DNA of 64,000 nucleotides from an uncultured Gammaproteobacteria bacterium (GCA_964428655.1 CAYRYE010000001.1:462158-526157); one strand, 5' to 3'; numbered from the stretch's first letter, positions 19,871 through 29,572 are shown. Numbers and translations: made by a program. Notes: generated by a model not told the origin, from the sequence alone.

Positions 19871-20305
19871 TTATACATTGCGTGTTAATTCTTCCCTTAA
19901 AGAAATAAGTTCTTGGGGGTTTAATAGAAGGAGGTCAAATTCAGAAGAATCGTCAGAATGATGCTTAACTCCTTCGAGAATAAAGTGACTGTTTGACTCG
20001 ACACAAACCAAAGTCAACAACGGCAATTCCAGGTCGGGAGTCATTTTAGAAATCTGCCACCATCTATAAGAGTCACTTTCCGTAGGAAAAAACAACTCCC
20101 ATTGACTTGAGTCTCTTACAAACTCCCATTGAACAGTTAAGGCATCCTCTAATTTACGACGGAATGAAAACCGTTCTAAAACTTTCATATCTTCAAGGCC
20201 TAGGGGCACCCAACGTTCATATAAGGAAAGTTCTATGCCACTTAAACTTTCGACAGGTGGGTTAAATGCCTGTTGAAGTGTGTTAGGTGTTCTATTGGAC
20301 CACAT
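19871..20305 (-). CDS. Hypothetical protein, possibly the 3' part of a frameshifted gene starting at 20403
   Basis: 144-aa ORF, no recognisable motif. Confidence 0.45.
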   Translation of the reverse strand: MWSNRTPNTLQQAFNPPVESLSGIELSLYERWVPLGLEDMKVLERFSFRRKLEDALTVQWEFVRDSSQWELFFPTESDSYRWWQISKMTPDLELPLLTLVCVESNSHFILEGVKHHSDDSSEFDLLLLNPQELISLREELTRNV

Positions 20306-20403
20306 TCTATTTCATAATCAGGATGTTTGGATGTTGGAAGACGTAACATTGCCTGGCCAACAGAATCTGGCCTACCAAACATTAATCTCTCTGTCTCTAC
20401 CAT
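20242..20403 (-). CDS. Small hypothetical ORF (53 aa, MVETERLMFG...)
   Basis: Hand-translated; ATG 6 nt after TG-N-TATAAT; overlaps the next ORF in another frame. Confidence 0.35.
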   Translation of the reverse strand: MVETERLMFGRPDSVGQAMLRLPTSKHPDYEIECGPIEHLTHFNRHLTHLSKV

Positions 20404-20457
20404 TTGGCTATTATATCATCAGACAGCAAAGCTGGCTAAAAAAAGCATGACGCAAAT

Positions 20458-20706
20458 TTATGATTCGGAGGAATCAGCCTCCTGTTGCTGCTTTAGCCCC
20501 CTTTGAAGTATAATCGTTCGCCCTCCTAAACAAGATGTAACGAACGGCTCACCTGACTCTATTGCTTCCGCTTGCAATTTCCTAAATCTTTTCATTTCCT
20601 CTGGCTTATCTGGGTCAAAAGATCTCGAACTATTAAAAAATCGTAAAGAAAATTCCGCCACAGCTCTTTCGAGTTCATTAAGACCATCTTCGGCACGATT
20701 TTCCAT
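20458..20706 (-). CDS. Hypothetical protein (82 aa)
   Basis: Strong AGGAGGTG Shine-Dalgarno upstream of ATG. Confidence 0.65.
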   Translation of the reverse strand: MENRAEDGLNELERAVAEFSLRFFNSSRSFDPDKPEEMKRFRKLQAEAIESGEPFVTSCLGGRTIILQRGLKQQQEADSSES

Positions 20707-20848
20707 ATAATCTCACCTCCTTGTATAGTAATTTCTATAATATTTAATAATCCTCATTCTATAAGCTATTAGATTAAAATTCAAGTGAATTTTGGAAGTA
20801 TTTTTCAAAGATACATTTCTCAATTCCCGCTTGACTCACCAAAACAGA

Positions 20849-23356
20849 TTATCTTCTTCCCACAAGCCCTTCCCAGGCAAAGAGGCGGGCGAGATATCCA
20901 TGCGGTTCAACAAAGGAGTAATTACTTTTTCCCCATTGGATCTTGACTTTGTCAATTAAATCTTTGCTGTAATTAACAGAAAGACCTTTTATTGTCGGTA
21001 CTTCTCTTTTTCTCCTTTTTGCTAATCTAATTAATCTCATTGCCAATGAATAATAACTTCTAGCCTGCCTATATTCTTGATAAGCACTATTCCGGGAAAT
21101 CATATTCTGTTCTTTAAGAACAACTTCCCATGCCAAGGTGATAATCTCCATTATCCTCTTAGCTTTATTGTACGGATTAATTTGCTGGCCATTAAAAGCT
21201 TTTCGGAAGCGAGCCAAATAATAAATTGACTTCTTCAAATCACCAACAGCATCACTCCAATTTTCCTCACTTATATTCTCAATAGCCTGGTTGAGATGAG
21301 TTAATGATTTTGCTAAGTAGCTATCACTGCTTTGTTGATAGAGGTTTTCAAGTAGTTCTTTGGCCTGATTTAAATGAATTGATCCACCTGGATCTACCAA
21401 TGGATCAGCTAGCGGATCGTCAAAATTAATATTAAATTCATAATGTTTCACCTCTTGATCTTGAATTTCATCTTCGTAAACTTGCCAAAAGTTTCCAGAA
21501 GGAGTAATTTGACCAAGATACAAATGATAAATGTCATCGTCAACCCCATTAATTTCTGCTTGATAAGTGCCTGTTTCAGGATCGGGAATAACTATAAATT
21601 GCAAATTTTCCGTTTCAGGGTTTGAGTCATTAACTTTAAGAGTTGCCGGTGAAGCAAGATAAAAAACTAGTAAATTATCTTCTGAATAGGCATTCGGGCC
21701 ACTGATCTCAATATTGCTTTTACCCAAAAGTTCTAATATTTCTTTGACAGCATTAGAGTCGCTGATTATCTGATGATGATTAAGAGAATACTCTAGATCG
21801 GAATTATAACCATTTTCTAAAAAAGCGCTTTTTTTCAAAACAGTACCATCACCAAAACCATTAATTGTCTTTATTGGCTGCCCATCAGGCCAAAGATCCA
21901 GTACTTCATGTATCAGCGATCGGTTTTTAACAACTAGCCATTCAGGGGTGGTTAAGCCTGTATTGCCAAGAATAAAATGCGAAAAAGAAAGAATATCAGC
22001 CTCTTGATTCAAGCGGGGGAGAAATTGATTCGAATAGCTAATATCTCCAACGGAAATATTGCGGCCATACTTTTCGATAAAGTCAAATGTGGGAATAATA
22101 TCATTTAAAACTGGAGTAATCTCTTTAATCAGGGCCGCATTTGTCTCAAAACCATCTTTGTGGATTTGCAAAAGTAATTGCATTGCTAACCAGCCAAGAT
22201 TAACCTTTTCGCCTACTTTTCCACCAACAATAGCGCTGTAGGCTTGAACGGCGCCATAATGGGGCGAACCGACGGCAATCAACTTATTAGTTTTTTTCTC
22301 CAGTTCATCATCATGATCTTGCGTCCATGTTCGCACAACTAGGCCGCCAAGGCTGTGGCCAACAAGATCTATTTTTTCCGCTGATTCCAGTTCGGGGGTA
22401 GAGTTAATGAACTGATTTAGGTCAACAGCTATCTCGGGAATTGGCTTACGCCAGTCATAATTCCAAACAAAGAGGTTTTCGTTCCTGGCATAACCATTGT
22501 TTCCCACTGTCTCGGCTAAACGATCATAAATATTGACAAAAGGTGTCATTTGCCATTGGTCAGCGCCAACACTCTCGCCATACACCATCGCTTCCGTATT
22601 CCAACTCCCTCCCAGCCCAGGAATGATAATTAGGGGGGGAGTTACTTCTACGCCATCAGCCATTATTCTTATGTGATCAACACTTAAACTTGACCACATA
22701 GCCGGCTCATACATTTTGAATGGGTTACCAACAGTAATTGTTGTAGGCATCCTATCGCTATTTTCTCTTTCAAAAATAGGGTTTTGATCTACAAAAACCG
22801 AATAGAGCGATCCACTTCTTATTATTTTCCAAATGTGATCATTTGTGTCATTATGGCTAATTACAAAAAATTCAGCATCGTTTGTATTTTGATTTATATT
22901 GTGATGATATTTTATTTTCAAACCTTTTCCGCTACTTGAGTCTTGCCATATATGCATATGGACCATCTTGGCGTTATTTTTTTTTGCATAATCAGACGAC
23001 GCTGGATAAGGCGGAATTAAATTTCCCAGTGTTATACCATTTCCCCAGTTATCAACTTTGTCATATTTAAATCTAATTTCGATCTCAAAATCACCCTCAA
23101 AATTTTCTGGGATTATATTGCTTGAAGAGAGAAATGGGAATTGGCTTGTTTCAGAACTAAGGTTCAACCAGCCATCAAGGACCGATACATTTTGACCGTA
23201 TACTTTCCACTTGTCTCTATCTAACTCATCGAAATTTTCCTCAAACAAATAAGAACTGGCAAAACTAGTTTCATTAAAGACAAAACATGTAACAACAACA
23301 AAAATGAGTTGCAGGATGATAAAATAAATCCCAGAAAGCATTTTTCTTATCAACAT
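20849..23356 (-). CDS. Secreted alpha/beta hydrolase (LCAT/PGAP1-like lipase) with an N-terminal beta-sandwich domain
   Basis: Signal peptide; IIIPGLGGS, YDWRK, GHSLGG nucleophile elbow, GSPHYGA, GDGTV, His in LNHHQI. Confidence 0.82.
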   Translation of the reverse strand: MLIRKMLSGIYFIILQLIFVVVTCFVFNETSFASSYLFEENFDELDRDKWKVYGQNVSVLDGWLNLSSETSQFPFLSSSNIIPENFEGDFEIEIRFKYDKVDNWGNGITLGNLIPPYPASSDYAKKNNAKMVHMHIWQDSSSGKGLKIKYHHNINQNTNDAEFFVISHNDTNDHIWKIIRSGSLYSVFVDQNPIFERENSDRMPTTITVGNPFKMYEPAMWSSLSVDHIRIMADGVEVTPPLIIIPGLGGSWNTEAMVYGESVGADQWQMTPFVNIYDRLAETVGNNGYARNENLFVWNYDWRKPIPEIAVDLNQFINSTPELESAEKIDLVGHSLGGLVVRTWTQDHDDELEKKTNKLIAVGSPHYGAVQAYSAIVGGKVGEKVNLGWLAMQLLLQIHKDGFETNAALIKEITPVLNDIIPTFDFIEKYGRNISVGDISYSNQFLPRLNQEADILSFSHFILGNTGLTTPEWLVVKNRSLIHEVLDLWPDGQPIKTINGFGDGTVLKKSAFLENGYNSDLEYSLNHHQIISDSNAVKEILELLGKSNIEISGPNAYSEDNLLVFYLASPATLKVNDSNPETENLQFIVIPDPETGTYQAEINGVDDDIYHLYLGQITPSGNFWQVYEDEIQDQEVKHYEFNINFDDPLADPLVDPGGSIHLNQAKELLENLYQQSSDSYLAKSLTHLNQAIENISEENWSDAVGDLKKSIYYLARFRKAFNGQQINPYNKAKRIMEIITLAWEVVLKEQNMISRNSAYQEYRQARSYYSLAMRLIRLAKRRKREVPTIKGLSVNYSKDLIDKVKIQWGKSNYSFVEPHGYLARLFAWEGLVGRR

Positions 23357-23406
23357 TATTAAGTGATAACATAGTTTTGATTATGTAGTCAAGAATTTTC
23401 AGAAAT

Positions 23407-24558
23407 ATGAAACTAGCCTTATTTCACAACTTGCCAACTGGTGGAGCGAAAAGATTACTCTATGACATTATAAAAGAATTCATAAGGGGAAAGAGCAAAA
23501 TTGATGTTTATAGTTACCCCAGATTTTATGATTCTGTGCTTGAATCACCGCTTATGGTTTCTCCCAATAAATATGTGGATTTACCCTGGCTCACGCCCAA
23601 ATCTCCCCCAGAATATCTAGAATATGTACTCCTCAATAAATACAAAAGATTATGCAGGGAACTGTCTAAGAAGATAGATAGGCAAGGCTATGATTGGGCA
23701 ATTCTAGCGGGTGATTGGATTACACACACATCAACTCTTTCCAACTTCTTATCAACACCATGTTTACTCCTGGCCCACGAATTAAAAAGAGAATTTTATG
23801 AAAAAACAGAGTGGGGATTACACAAAATTATAAAGCAAAGTCTTTGGAAAAGCTTAACTCTAAAGATAAAAAAAATGGAAATAGAAAATTTGAATAACGC
23901 AGAGTTAATAGTGGTAAATTCTTTGTTCTCATGGAGGAAATTTGAAAAAGTAGTAGTTGATAGAAACAAACTGGAGCTAATTTACCCATTTATTGATCCA
24001 AAGTTTCTCTATAACACTCACAAGGATTTTCAAGATAGAGATAACTTTTTCTTATCTGTGGGTTCATTTTCCCTTTTAAAAGGCTACGATTTTTTAATTC
24101 AAGCCATAAGCATGCTTCCATTAAATGTGCGTTTTCCCTTATATCTGGTGGGAAGCGAGGGACCACATATAGAAAAGATATTGAGGCTTTCCAAAAATCT
24201 AAACGTAACAGTAGTAATAAAAAGCGCTATTCCTGACACAGAATTACGTAACTTGTACAAAAAGAGTAAGGCTTTCTTTTTTTTCCCCAGAAGCGAACCC
24301 TTTGGTTTAGCTGCCCTGGAGGCCTTGTCTATGAATTGCAAAGTGTTTGCCGTAAATGAGGGTGGATTTACTGAACTGACAAAGAAAAGTGAGAATTGTA
24401 CGTTGCTTCCTAGAAACTTAAAAATTTTTACTAGAGAGCTAAGAGATTATCTTCAAAATTCCAGCATTGCGAGTGATGTCAATTACATAAATATGATAAA
24501 AAATAAGTATAATGTTAAGCATTATGTAGACAAACTAATGGGCGTCATGAGAAAATGA
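23407..24558 (+). CDS. GT4 glycosyltransferase
   Basis: GGAKR, KGYD, EPFGLAALEAL. Confidence 0.88.
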   Translation: MKLALFHNLPTGGAKRLLYDIIKEFIRGKSKIDVYSYPRFYDSVLESPLMVSPNKYVDLPWLTPKSPPEYLEYVLLNKYKRLCRELSKKIDRQGYDWAILAGDWITHTSTLSNFLSTPCLLLAHELKREFYEKTEWGLHKIIKQSLWKSLTLKIKKMEIENLNNAELIVVNSLFSWRKFEKVVVDRNKLELIYPFIDPKFLYNTHKDFQDRDNFFLSVGSFSLLKGYDFLIQAISMLPLNVRFPLYLVGSEGPHIEKILRLSKNLNVTVVIKSAIPDTELRNLYKKSKAFFFFPRSEPFGLAALEALSMNCKVFAVNEGGFTELTKKSENCTLLPRNLKIFTRELRDYLQNSSIASDVNYINMIKNKYNVKHYVDKLMGVMRK

Positions 24559-25328
24559 AAATATCGAGCGTTATTCTAACCAGGAATGAAGAAAAAAATA
24601 TCAACAGATGTTTGGATAGTGTAAAAAAATGGTGTGATGAGATTATTGTTATTGATGACAATTCGAAAGATGAAACGGTAAATATAGCTCGAAGTAGGGG
24701 GGTGAAGGTTTTCGAAAGAAAACTAGACAATGATTTTGCTTCACAGAGAAACTTTGGACTACAGAAAGCAAAAGGAGAATGGGCTTTATTCTTGGATGCT
24801 GATGAAGTAGTCTCCCCTTCTCTTGCCAGAGATATTGTGCGACGCGTAAAACAGACAGATTGTGATGGTTTTTTTATCCCTCGCCGCGAGGTCTTTGCAA
24901 ACAAAGTTCTCCACTGTGCCGACAAGCCTGCTTGCGATTGGTCGCTTGGCCCAATCAAATTACTTCGACTAGCTAAAAAGGGAGGTGGAAAATGGCACGG
25001 CAAAGTCCACGAAAAATGGAAAATTAAAGGGAAAATAAGCAAATTGAAAAAGCCTCTCTATCATTATTCTTTCTCGGACATAACTACTGCTCTCCGAAAG
25101 ATTAATTTTTACACCTCAATTCAGGCCAAACAATGGCTTAAAGAAAAGAAAACTGTTGTTTGGTATCAGATTATTATTTACCCTCTAGGAAAACTGTTAA
25201 AGAATTTTATTTGGCACCAAGGATTTCTTGATGGTACAAGCGGGTTTATTTTTTGTTTACTAATGAGCCTGCACTCATTTCTGGCCCGAGCTAAGCTGTG
25301 GCATCTTCAAAATAATCAAGGAAGATAG
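24555..25328 (+). CDS. GT2 glycosyltransferase (WaaE/KdtX-like)
   Basis: ILTRNEE, DDNSKDET, FASQRN, LDADE, VHE. Confidence 0.9.
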   Translation: MKISSVILTRNEEKNINRCLDSVKKWCDEIIVIDDNSKDETVNIARSRGVKVFERKLDNDFASQRNFGLQKAKGEWALFLDADEVVSPSLARDIVRRVKQTDCDGFFIPRREVFANKVLHCADKPACDWSLGPIKLLRLAKKGGGKWHGKVHEKWKIKGKISKLKKPLYHYSFSDITTALRKINFYTSIQAKQWLKEKKTVVWYQIIIYPLGKLLKNFIWHQGFLDGTSGFIFCLLMSLHSFLARAKLWHLQNNQGR

Positions 25329-26035
25329 GTAATAGTAAATTTTTCTCTTGTTTCATTACCTGCTTTATCTTGGCTAACTACTGTTATCTCATTGCCCCCT
25401 TCTTTCAGAGTAACCCTAGTAGAAAATCTACCCTCTTCATCAACAACAACTACATGCTCATTAACTAAAATTCTGGCTCCAGGCTCAGTTTCTCCTTTAA
25501 CATCAATTGTTTGTTCCTCCACATAATTTTTATCACTCGGAGTTTCTATCTTTAATTCTGGCTCCTGGGTATCGTAAAGAATCTCAAATGACTTAGTGGT
25601 TTCACTTTGATTCCCACTCTGATCTTCGGCCCAAACTAAAACGGTATTAACTCCGGTATTTAAAACTAGCCGCTTAAGCAGAAAATTGCCCTCCTCATCT
25701 GATTCAGTACTAATTTCCTCATTGTTAAACCTGATCTTTACTTGAACTTTAGGTTCAGTGAAACCAGAAATGGGCAAAGTGGCACTATTTGTCGCCTCAG
25801 GGATGTAAGAGAAACGAGGAACAGGAGGGGGGATTGTGTCCTCTTCAACAATCGCTTCTTTTTCCGACTTCAAATCACCTAAAATCCCAACCACTTTCAC
25901 GAAAAACGGAACTCCCCAAACAATAATTACTATCCCTAAGATAATAGTCAGCAAGCCAAAAACGGCGGCTCTGCGCTTAATTTTCTCTTCCTCTGGTAAG
26001 CTGCTCTGAACCCGGAATGTCTTTTTCCTACTCAT
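25316..26035 (-). CDS. Membrane-anchored protein with two Ig-like domains
   Basis: TM helix; G.TEP, G.N.....A.D..GN and DT..P repeated. Confidence 0.8.
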   Translation of the reverse strand: MSRKKTFRVQSSLPEEEKIKRRAAVFGLLTIILGIVIIVWGVPFFVKVVGILGDLKSEKEAIVEEDTIPPPVPRFSYIPEATNSATLPISGFTEPKVQVKIRFNNEEISTESDEEGNFLLKRLVLNTGVNTVLVWAEDQSGNQSETTKSFEILYDTQEPELKIETPSDKNYVEEQTIDVKGETEPGARILVNEHVVVVDEEGRFSTRVTLKEGGNEITVVSQDKAGNETREKFTITYLP

Positions 26036-26098
26036 TTTTGAGCTAATTCCTGTTTAGCCCGCTCAATTCTATCAAAAAGATGAAAAAGACACAACTTG

Positions 26099-26170
26099 GG
26101 CCAGCGAGAGGAATCGAACCCCCAACCTCTTCCTTACGAAGGAATTGCTCTGCCGTTGAGCTACGCTGGC
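26099..26170 (-). tRNA. tRNA-Thr(CGT)
   Basis: Acceptor GCCAGCG/CGCTGGC, anticodon loop TTCGTAA, T-loop TTCGATT. Confidence 0.9.
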
Positions 26171-26175
26171 AAAGG

Positions 26176-26246
26176 AGCGACCAGCGGGAATCGAACCCGC
26201 ATTTTCACCTTGGGAAGGTGATGTTGGGCCATTCAACTATGGTCGC
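26176..26246 (-). tRNA. tRNA-Gly(CCC)
   Basis: Acceptor GCGACCA/TGGTCGC, U73, anticodon loop TTCCCAA. Confidence 0.92.
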
Positions 26247-26299
26247 AGCTTATGTAAATCTCAACCAAATTACCTTCGCAAATTTACAGGATAAAATCC

Positions 26300-26329
26300 G
26301 GTGATGTTGAACCGATCAACTAATCCCGC
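26300..26329 (-). pseudogene. Orphan 5' half of a tRNA-Gly-like gene
   Basis: GCGGGATTAGTTGATCGGTTCAACATCACC, 25/30 identical to the 5' part of tRNA-Gly(TCC) at 57662; stops at the anticodon loop. Confidence 0.65.
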
Positions 26330-26334
26330 ACCGT

Positions 26335-26928
26335 CTATCTAGGAATTTTAAGTTCTTGCCCAGGAAAAATCAAATTTGGATTACTAATCTTATCTCTGTT
26401 GACACTCCAGATTTCCGGCCACTCATATAAATCATCATAAGCTCTCTGAGCAATCTTACTTAGAGAATCTCCCTCCTTCACAGTGTACTGATCCCCACTA
26501 ATGGTCGTCTCGTCGATTCCCGTCCTGGGCAGCTCAGCAATGGTCCTCTCTTTAAACTCCACATTAGGAATTTTCAATTCCTGTCCTTCAAAAATAACAT
26601 CCGGGCTTCTTAAATTATTTTCCTTGGCAATGTCAACCCAATTGTATCCGGAATTAAAATATCTTTCAGCTATGCCCCAAAGATTTTCACCCTTGACTAT
26701 TTTATGAACAATAGGCAGGCTAACTTCAGCCTCTTTTTCTTCCGCAGTAGCTTCCAGCTCGGCTTGAATTCCTTTTTCGGTAACAACTTCTTTATTCTGG
26801 AAATATCGGTAAGCTAAACCACCAACAACCAAAACGACTAGAATTCCCATTACCATACTAATCATCTGCTCAGAGTTTTTAAACTTAGTTATTAATCCTC
26901 CTACTTCTGGTCCTTTTTTATTAGCCAC
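26335..26928 (-). CDS. Membrane-anchored protein with two LysM domains
   Basis: HKIVKGENLWGIA...PDVIFEGQ and YTVKEGDSLSKIA...NPNLIFPGQ; start GTG 26928 with AGGAGGTG SD. Confidence 0.9.
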   Translation of the reverse strand: MANKKGPEVGGLITKFKNSEQMISMVMGILVVLVVGGLAYRYFQNKEVVTEKGIQAELEATAEEKEAEVSLPIVHKIVKGENLWGIAERYFNSGYNWVDIAKENNLRSPDVIFEGQELKIPNVEFKERTIAELPRTGIDETTISGDQYTVKEGDSLSKIAQRAYDDLYEWPEIWSVNRDKISNPNLIFPGQELKIPR

Positions 26929-26986
26929 TATTTTCACCTCCTTTCGGGCAGGAAGATTTGGGGGGCAGTAAAAACAACAGGCAAGG

Positions 26987-27061
26987 CGGGGCCAACGGGA
27001 CTCGAACCCGCAGCCTTCCGCGTGACAGGCGGATGCTCTAACCAAATTGAGCTATGACCCC
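26987..27061 (-). tRNA. tRNA-Asp(GTC)
   Basis: Acceptor GGGGTCA/TGGCCCC, G73, anticodon loop CTGTCAC. Confidence 0.95.
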
Positions 27062-27134
27062 AAGATAAAATTTAACTTTATAGGTTTTAATTTCTGAACT
27101 CAATATTAACAAAAATATGCTATCATTGCAATTA

Positions 27135-28928
27135 GTGAGAACTTCAAAGAATATGGCCAATGAGAAATTAGTTGGACTTCTGAAGGCAGTATCTGCCGCC
27201 TATCAAATAAAAGATGAAAAGGCTAACAGATTTAGAATTATTGCTTATGATCGGGCAGCGGCAGCAATAGAACATCTTACTTCTGAAATTAAAGATCTTT
27301 GGGACGACAATAAACTCAACACTATTCCCAGCGTTGGTAGTGGTATCGCGCAGCATCTAGACGAGCTGTTTAGAACTGGCAAAGTAAAACATTTTAATCA
27401 AGTGCTTTCCGCTCTCCCGCCAGCAATGTTTGAGTTTTTAAATATAAGAGGAATTGGGGCCAAAACAGCTTATAAGCTCTGCCGAAAAATAGGAATTATT
27501 AGTGTTAAAAATGCTCTCGGGAGATTAAAAAAAGCTGCCGAGCAAAATAAGATCGGAAAACTGCCCGGTTTTGGTGAAAACTCTGAAGCGAGAATTTTAA
27601 AATCGATTGAGGAGTATGAAAAAACTGGCGAAAAAAAGAAAAGAATGCTCCTTCCTTGCGCTCATTCCCTAGCTAAAGAAATCTTAGAATACCTCCTTAA
27701 TAGTCCAAATGCTAAGAAGGCTGATCTCTTAGGCAGCCTGCGTCGTCAGACAGCAACTGTTGGTGATGTTGATATCGCCGTCAACAGCAGTAAGCCTCGA
27801 GAAATAATAGACCTTTTTATTGAGTTTCCCAAGGTTAAGAGAGTTTTGGAATCGGGTGAAAAAGGGGCTACGGTATTATTAAATTCCGGGCACGAAATAA
27901 ATCTTAGGGTCCAATCATCAGCCTCTTATGGGGCCTTATTACAGCATTACACTGGTTCAAAACACCACAACATTCATTTAAGAAAGCTCGCTAATAAAAA
28001 TGGTTGCAGCCTTTCCGAGTATGGAATCAGAGAAATCAAAGCTAAAAAATTGCATAAATTTAAAGATGAAGCTAGTTTTTACCAATTTCTGGGTCTTGAT
28101 TGGATACCGCCCGAATTAAGAGAAGATAATGGCGAAATAGAAGCGGCTCAAAAACAACAACTACCTAATTTAATAAGTCTTGGCGATATAAAAGGCGACC
28201 TTCATATTCATTCAGATTTTAATACCGAACCAAGCCATGATCTCGGTAAAGATTCAATGAATGACATTGTGAAAAAGTGCGTGAAATTAGGATATCGATT
28301 TTTAGCCTTTGCTGAACATAATCCCAGTTTTAGCCGGCACTCTGAAAAGGAAACCATATCCATTTTGAAAAGAAAAAGAGATTATGTCAGGCAAAGGGCA
28401 ATTTATTGGAAAAAAGAATTCAACATTAATGTCTTAAATAGCCTGGAAATAAATATTAAACCGGACGGCAGTTTGGCAATGCCCGAAAAAGGTTTTAAAT
28501 ATCTGGATTTTGCCATTGTCTCCATTCACACTGTTTTTAACCTCTCCAGGGAAAAAATGACCCGGAGAATTATTAAAGCATTGAATCATCCCAAGGTAAA
28601 AATCTTGGCCCACCCTACAGGAAGAAAAATTGGCCAAAGAGAAAGTTACGAGGTCGATTGGGATAAATTATTTGATTTTTGTAAAAAAAGGAATAAGATT
28701 TTAGAAATTAACAGCTGTCCCAACCGTCTGGATTTACCTGATGTTTTAATCAAAGAAGCTGTGAGAAATGGCGTAAAAGTTACAGTTAACAGCGACGCTC
28801 ACGCTTTTGACCAATTGGATTTTATGAAATATGGAGTTTCTAATGCTAGGAGAGGCTGGGCAGAGGCAAAAGATATAATCAACACTTTTTCATTCAAAAA
28901 GTTGTCCAAAATTCTAGGAGTTGATTAG
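27135..28928 (+). CDS. polX: PolX family DNA polymerase/PHP 3'-5' exonuclease (non-canonical triad)
   Basis: FR..AY, GSLRR..TVGDVDI, HYTGSKHHN, IPPELRE, PHP motifs HIHS/AHP/SDAH; start uncertain (27117, 27135 or 27153). Confidence 0.93.
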   Translation: MRTSKNMANEKLVGLLKAVSAAYQIKDEKANRFRIIAYDRAAAAIEHLTSEIKDLWDDNKLNTIPSVGSGIAQHLDELFRTGKVKHFNQVLSALPPAMFEFLNIRGIGAKTAYKLCRKIGIISVKNALGRLKKAAEQNKIGKLPGFGENSEARILKSIEEYEKTGEKKKRMLLPCAHSLAKEILEYLLNSPNAKKADLLGSLRRQTATVGDVDIAVNSSKPREIIDLFIEFPKVKRVLESGEKGATVLLNSGHEINLRVQSSASYGALLQHYTGSKHHNIHLRKLANKNGCSLSEYGIREIKAKKLHKFKDEASFYQFLGLDWIPPELREDNGEIEAAQKQQLPNLISLGDIKGDLHIHSDFNTEPSHDLGKDSMNDIVKKCVKLGYRFLAFAEHNPSFSRHSEKETISILKRKRDYVRQRAIYWKKEFNINVLNSLEINIKPDGSLAMPEKGFKYLDFAIVSIHTVFNLSREKMTRRIIKALNHPKVKILAHPTGRKIGQRESYEVDWDKLFDFCKKRNKILEINSCPNRLDLPDVLIKEAVRNGVKVTVNSDAHAFDQLDFMKYGVSNARRGWAEAKDIINTFSFKKLSKILGVD

Positions 28929-28984
28929 GGAATATTTTAAGGGTAGAATAACAATTATTAATTATTTTTTAAAAAGGAGTTAAA

Positions 28985-29572
28985 ATGATGTTTCCAATTA
29001 TCGCTATCCTAGTTGTTATCGTTGGTTATGCTATTGTTATCTACAATAATTTACAAACTATCAAAACAAGAATAAAGGCTTCGATTCAGGAGATTGGCAA
29101 TCAACTCAAGAGGCAAACGGAACTAATTCCCAATCTAGTGGAATCAGTTAAAGGTTATATTAAACACGAGAAGGGAATTTTTACCCAATTAACTGATGCA
29201 AGAAAAACTATCACTGAGGCAGTCAAATCAGGCAGTACTGAAAAAATGGTTGCCGCTCAAGAATTAATTCAAAAGGCGCTCAGCTCCCTAAAAATAATTG
29301 TTGAGAGCAATCCTGAAATCCAAGCGTCGGGAATAGTTAACAAATTGATGGATGAATTAAGAGACACAGCCGATAAAGTCATGTATGCCAGGAGAACTTT
29401 AATTGATTTGGCGGCCGATTATAATAGAATCCTGGTAACTATTCCGAGTAATTTTGTTGCTAAAATATTCGGTTTTAAACCAGAAAAGGGTTTAGGCGCA
29501 GCCACAGAAGGAGCTCATTTAGAAGTAAGTTCAGAAGAAACAAAAGCGCCAAAAGTAAAGTTAGATGCTTAA
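28985..29572 (+). CDS. lemA: LemA family protein
   Basis: TM helix, YN.L, QLKRQTELIPNLV, IPSNFVAKIFGF; AAGGAG SD. Confidence 0.9.
   Translation: MMFPIIAILVVIVGYAIVIYNNLQTIKTRIKASIQEIGNQLKRQTELIPNLVESVKGYIKHEKGIFTQLTDARKTITEAVKSGSTEKMVAAQELIQKALSSLKIIVESNPEIQASGIVNKLMDELRDTADKVMYARRTLIDLAADYNRILVTIPSNFVAKIFGFKPEKGLGAATEGAHLEVSSEETKAPKVKLDA

Noticed and set aside
19707-19961. 84-aa ORF on the plus strand
   Set aside because: Runs through tRNA-Val(CAC); shadow ORF
26080-26304. 74-aa ORF on the plus strand
   Set aside because: Antisense to tRNA-Thr and tRNA-Gly; typical tRNA shadow translation
26929-27045. N-terminal extension of the LysM ORF in the ORF track
   Set aside because: Begins within tRNA-Asp; GTG 26928 has a strong SD
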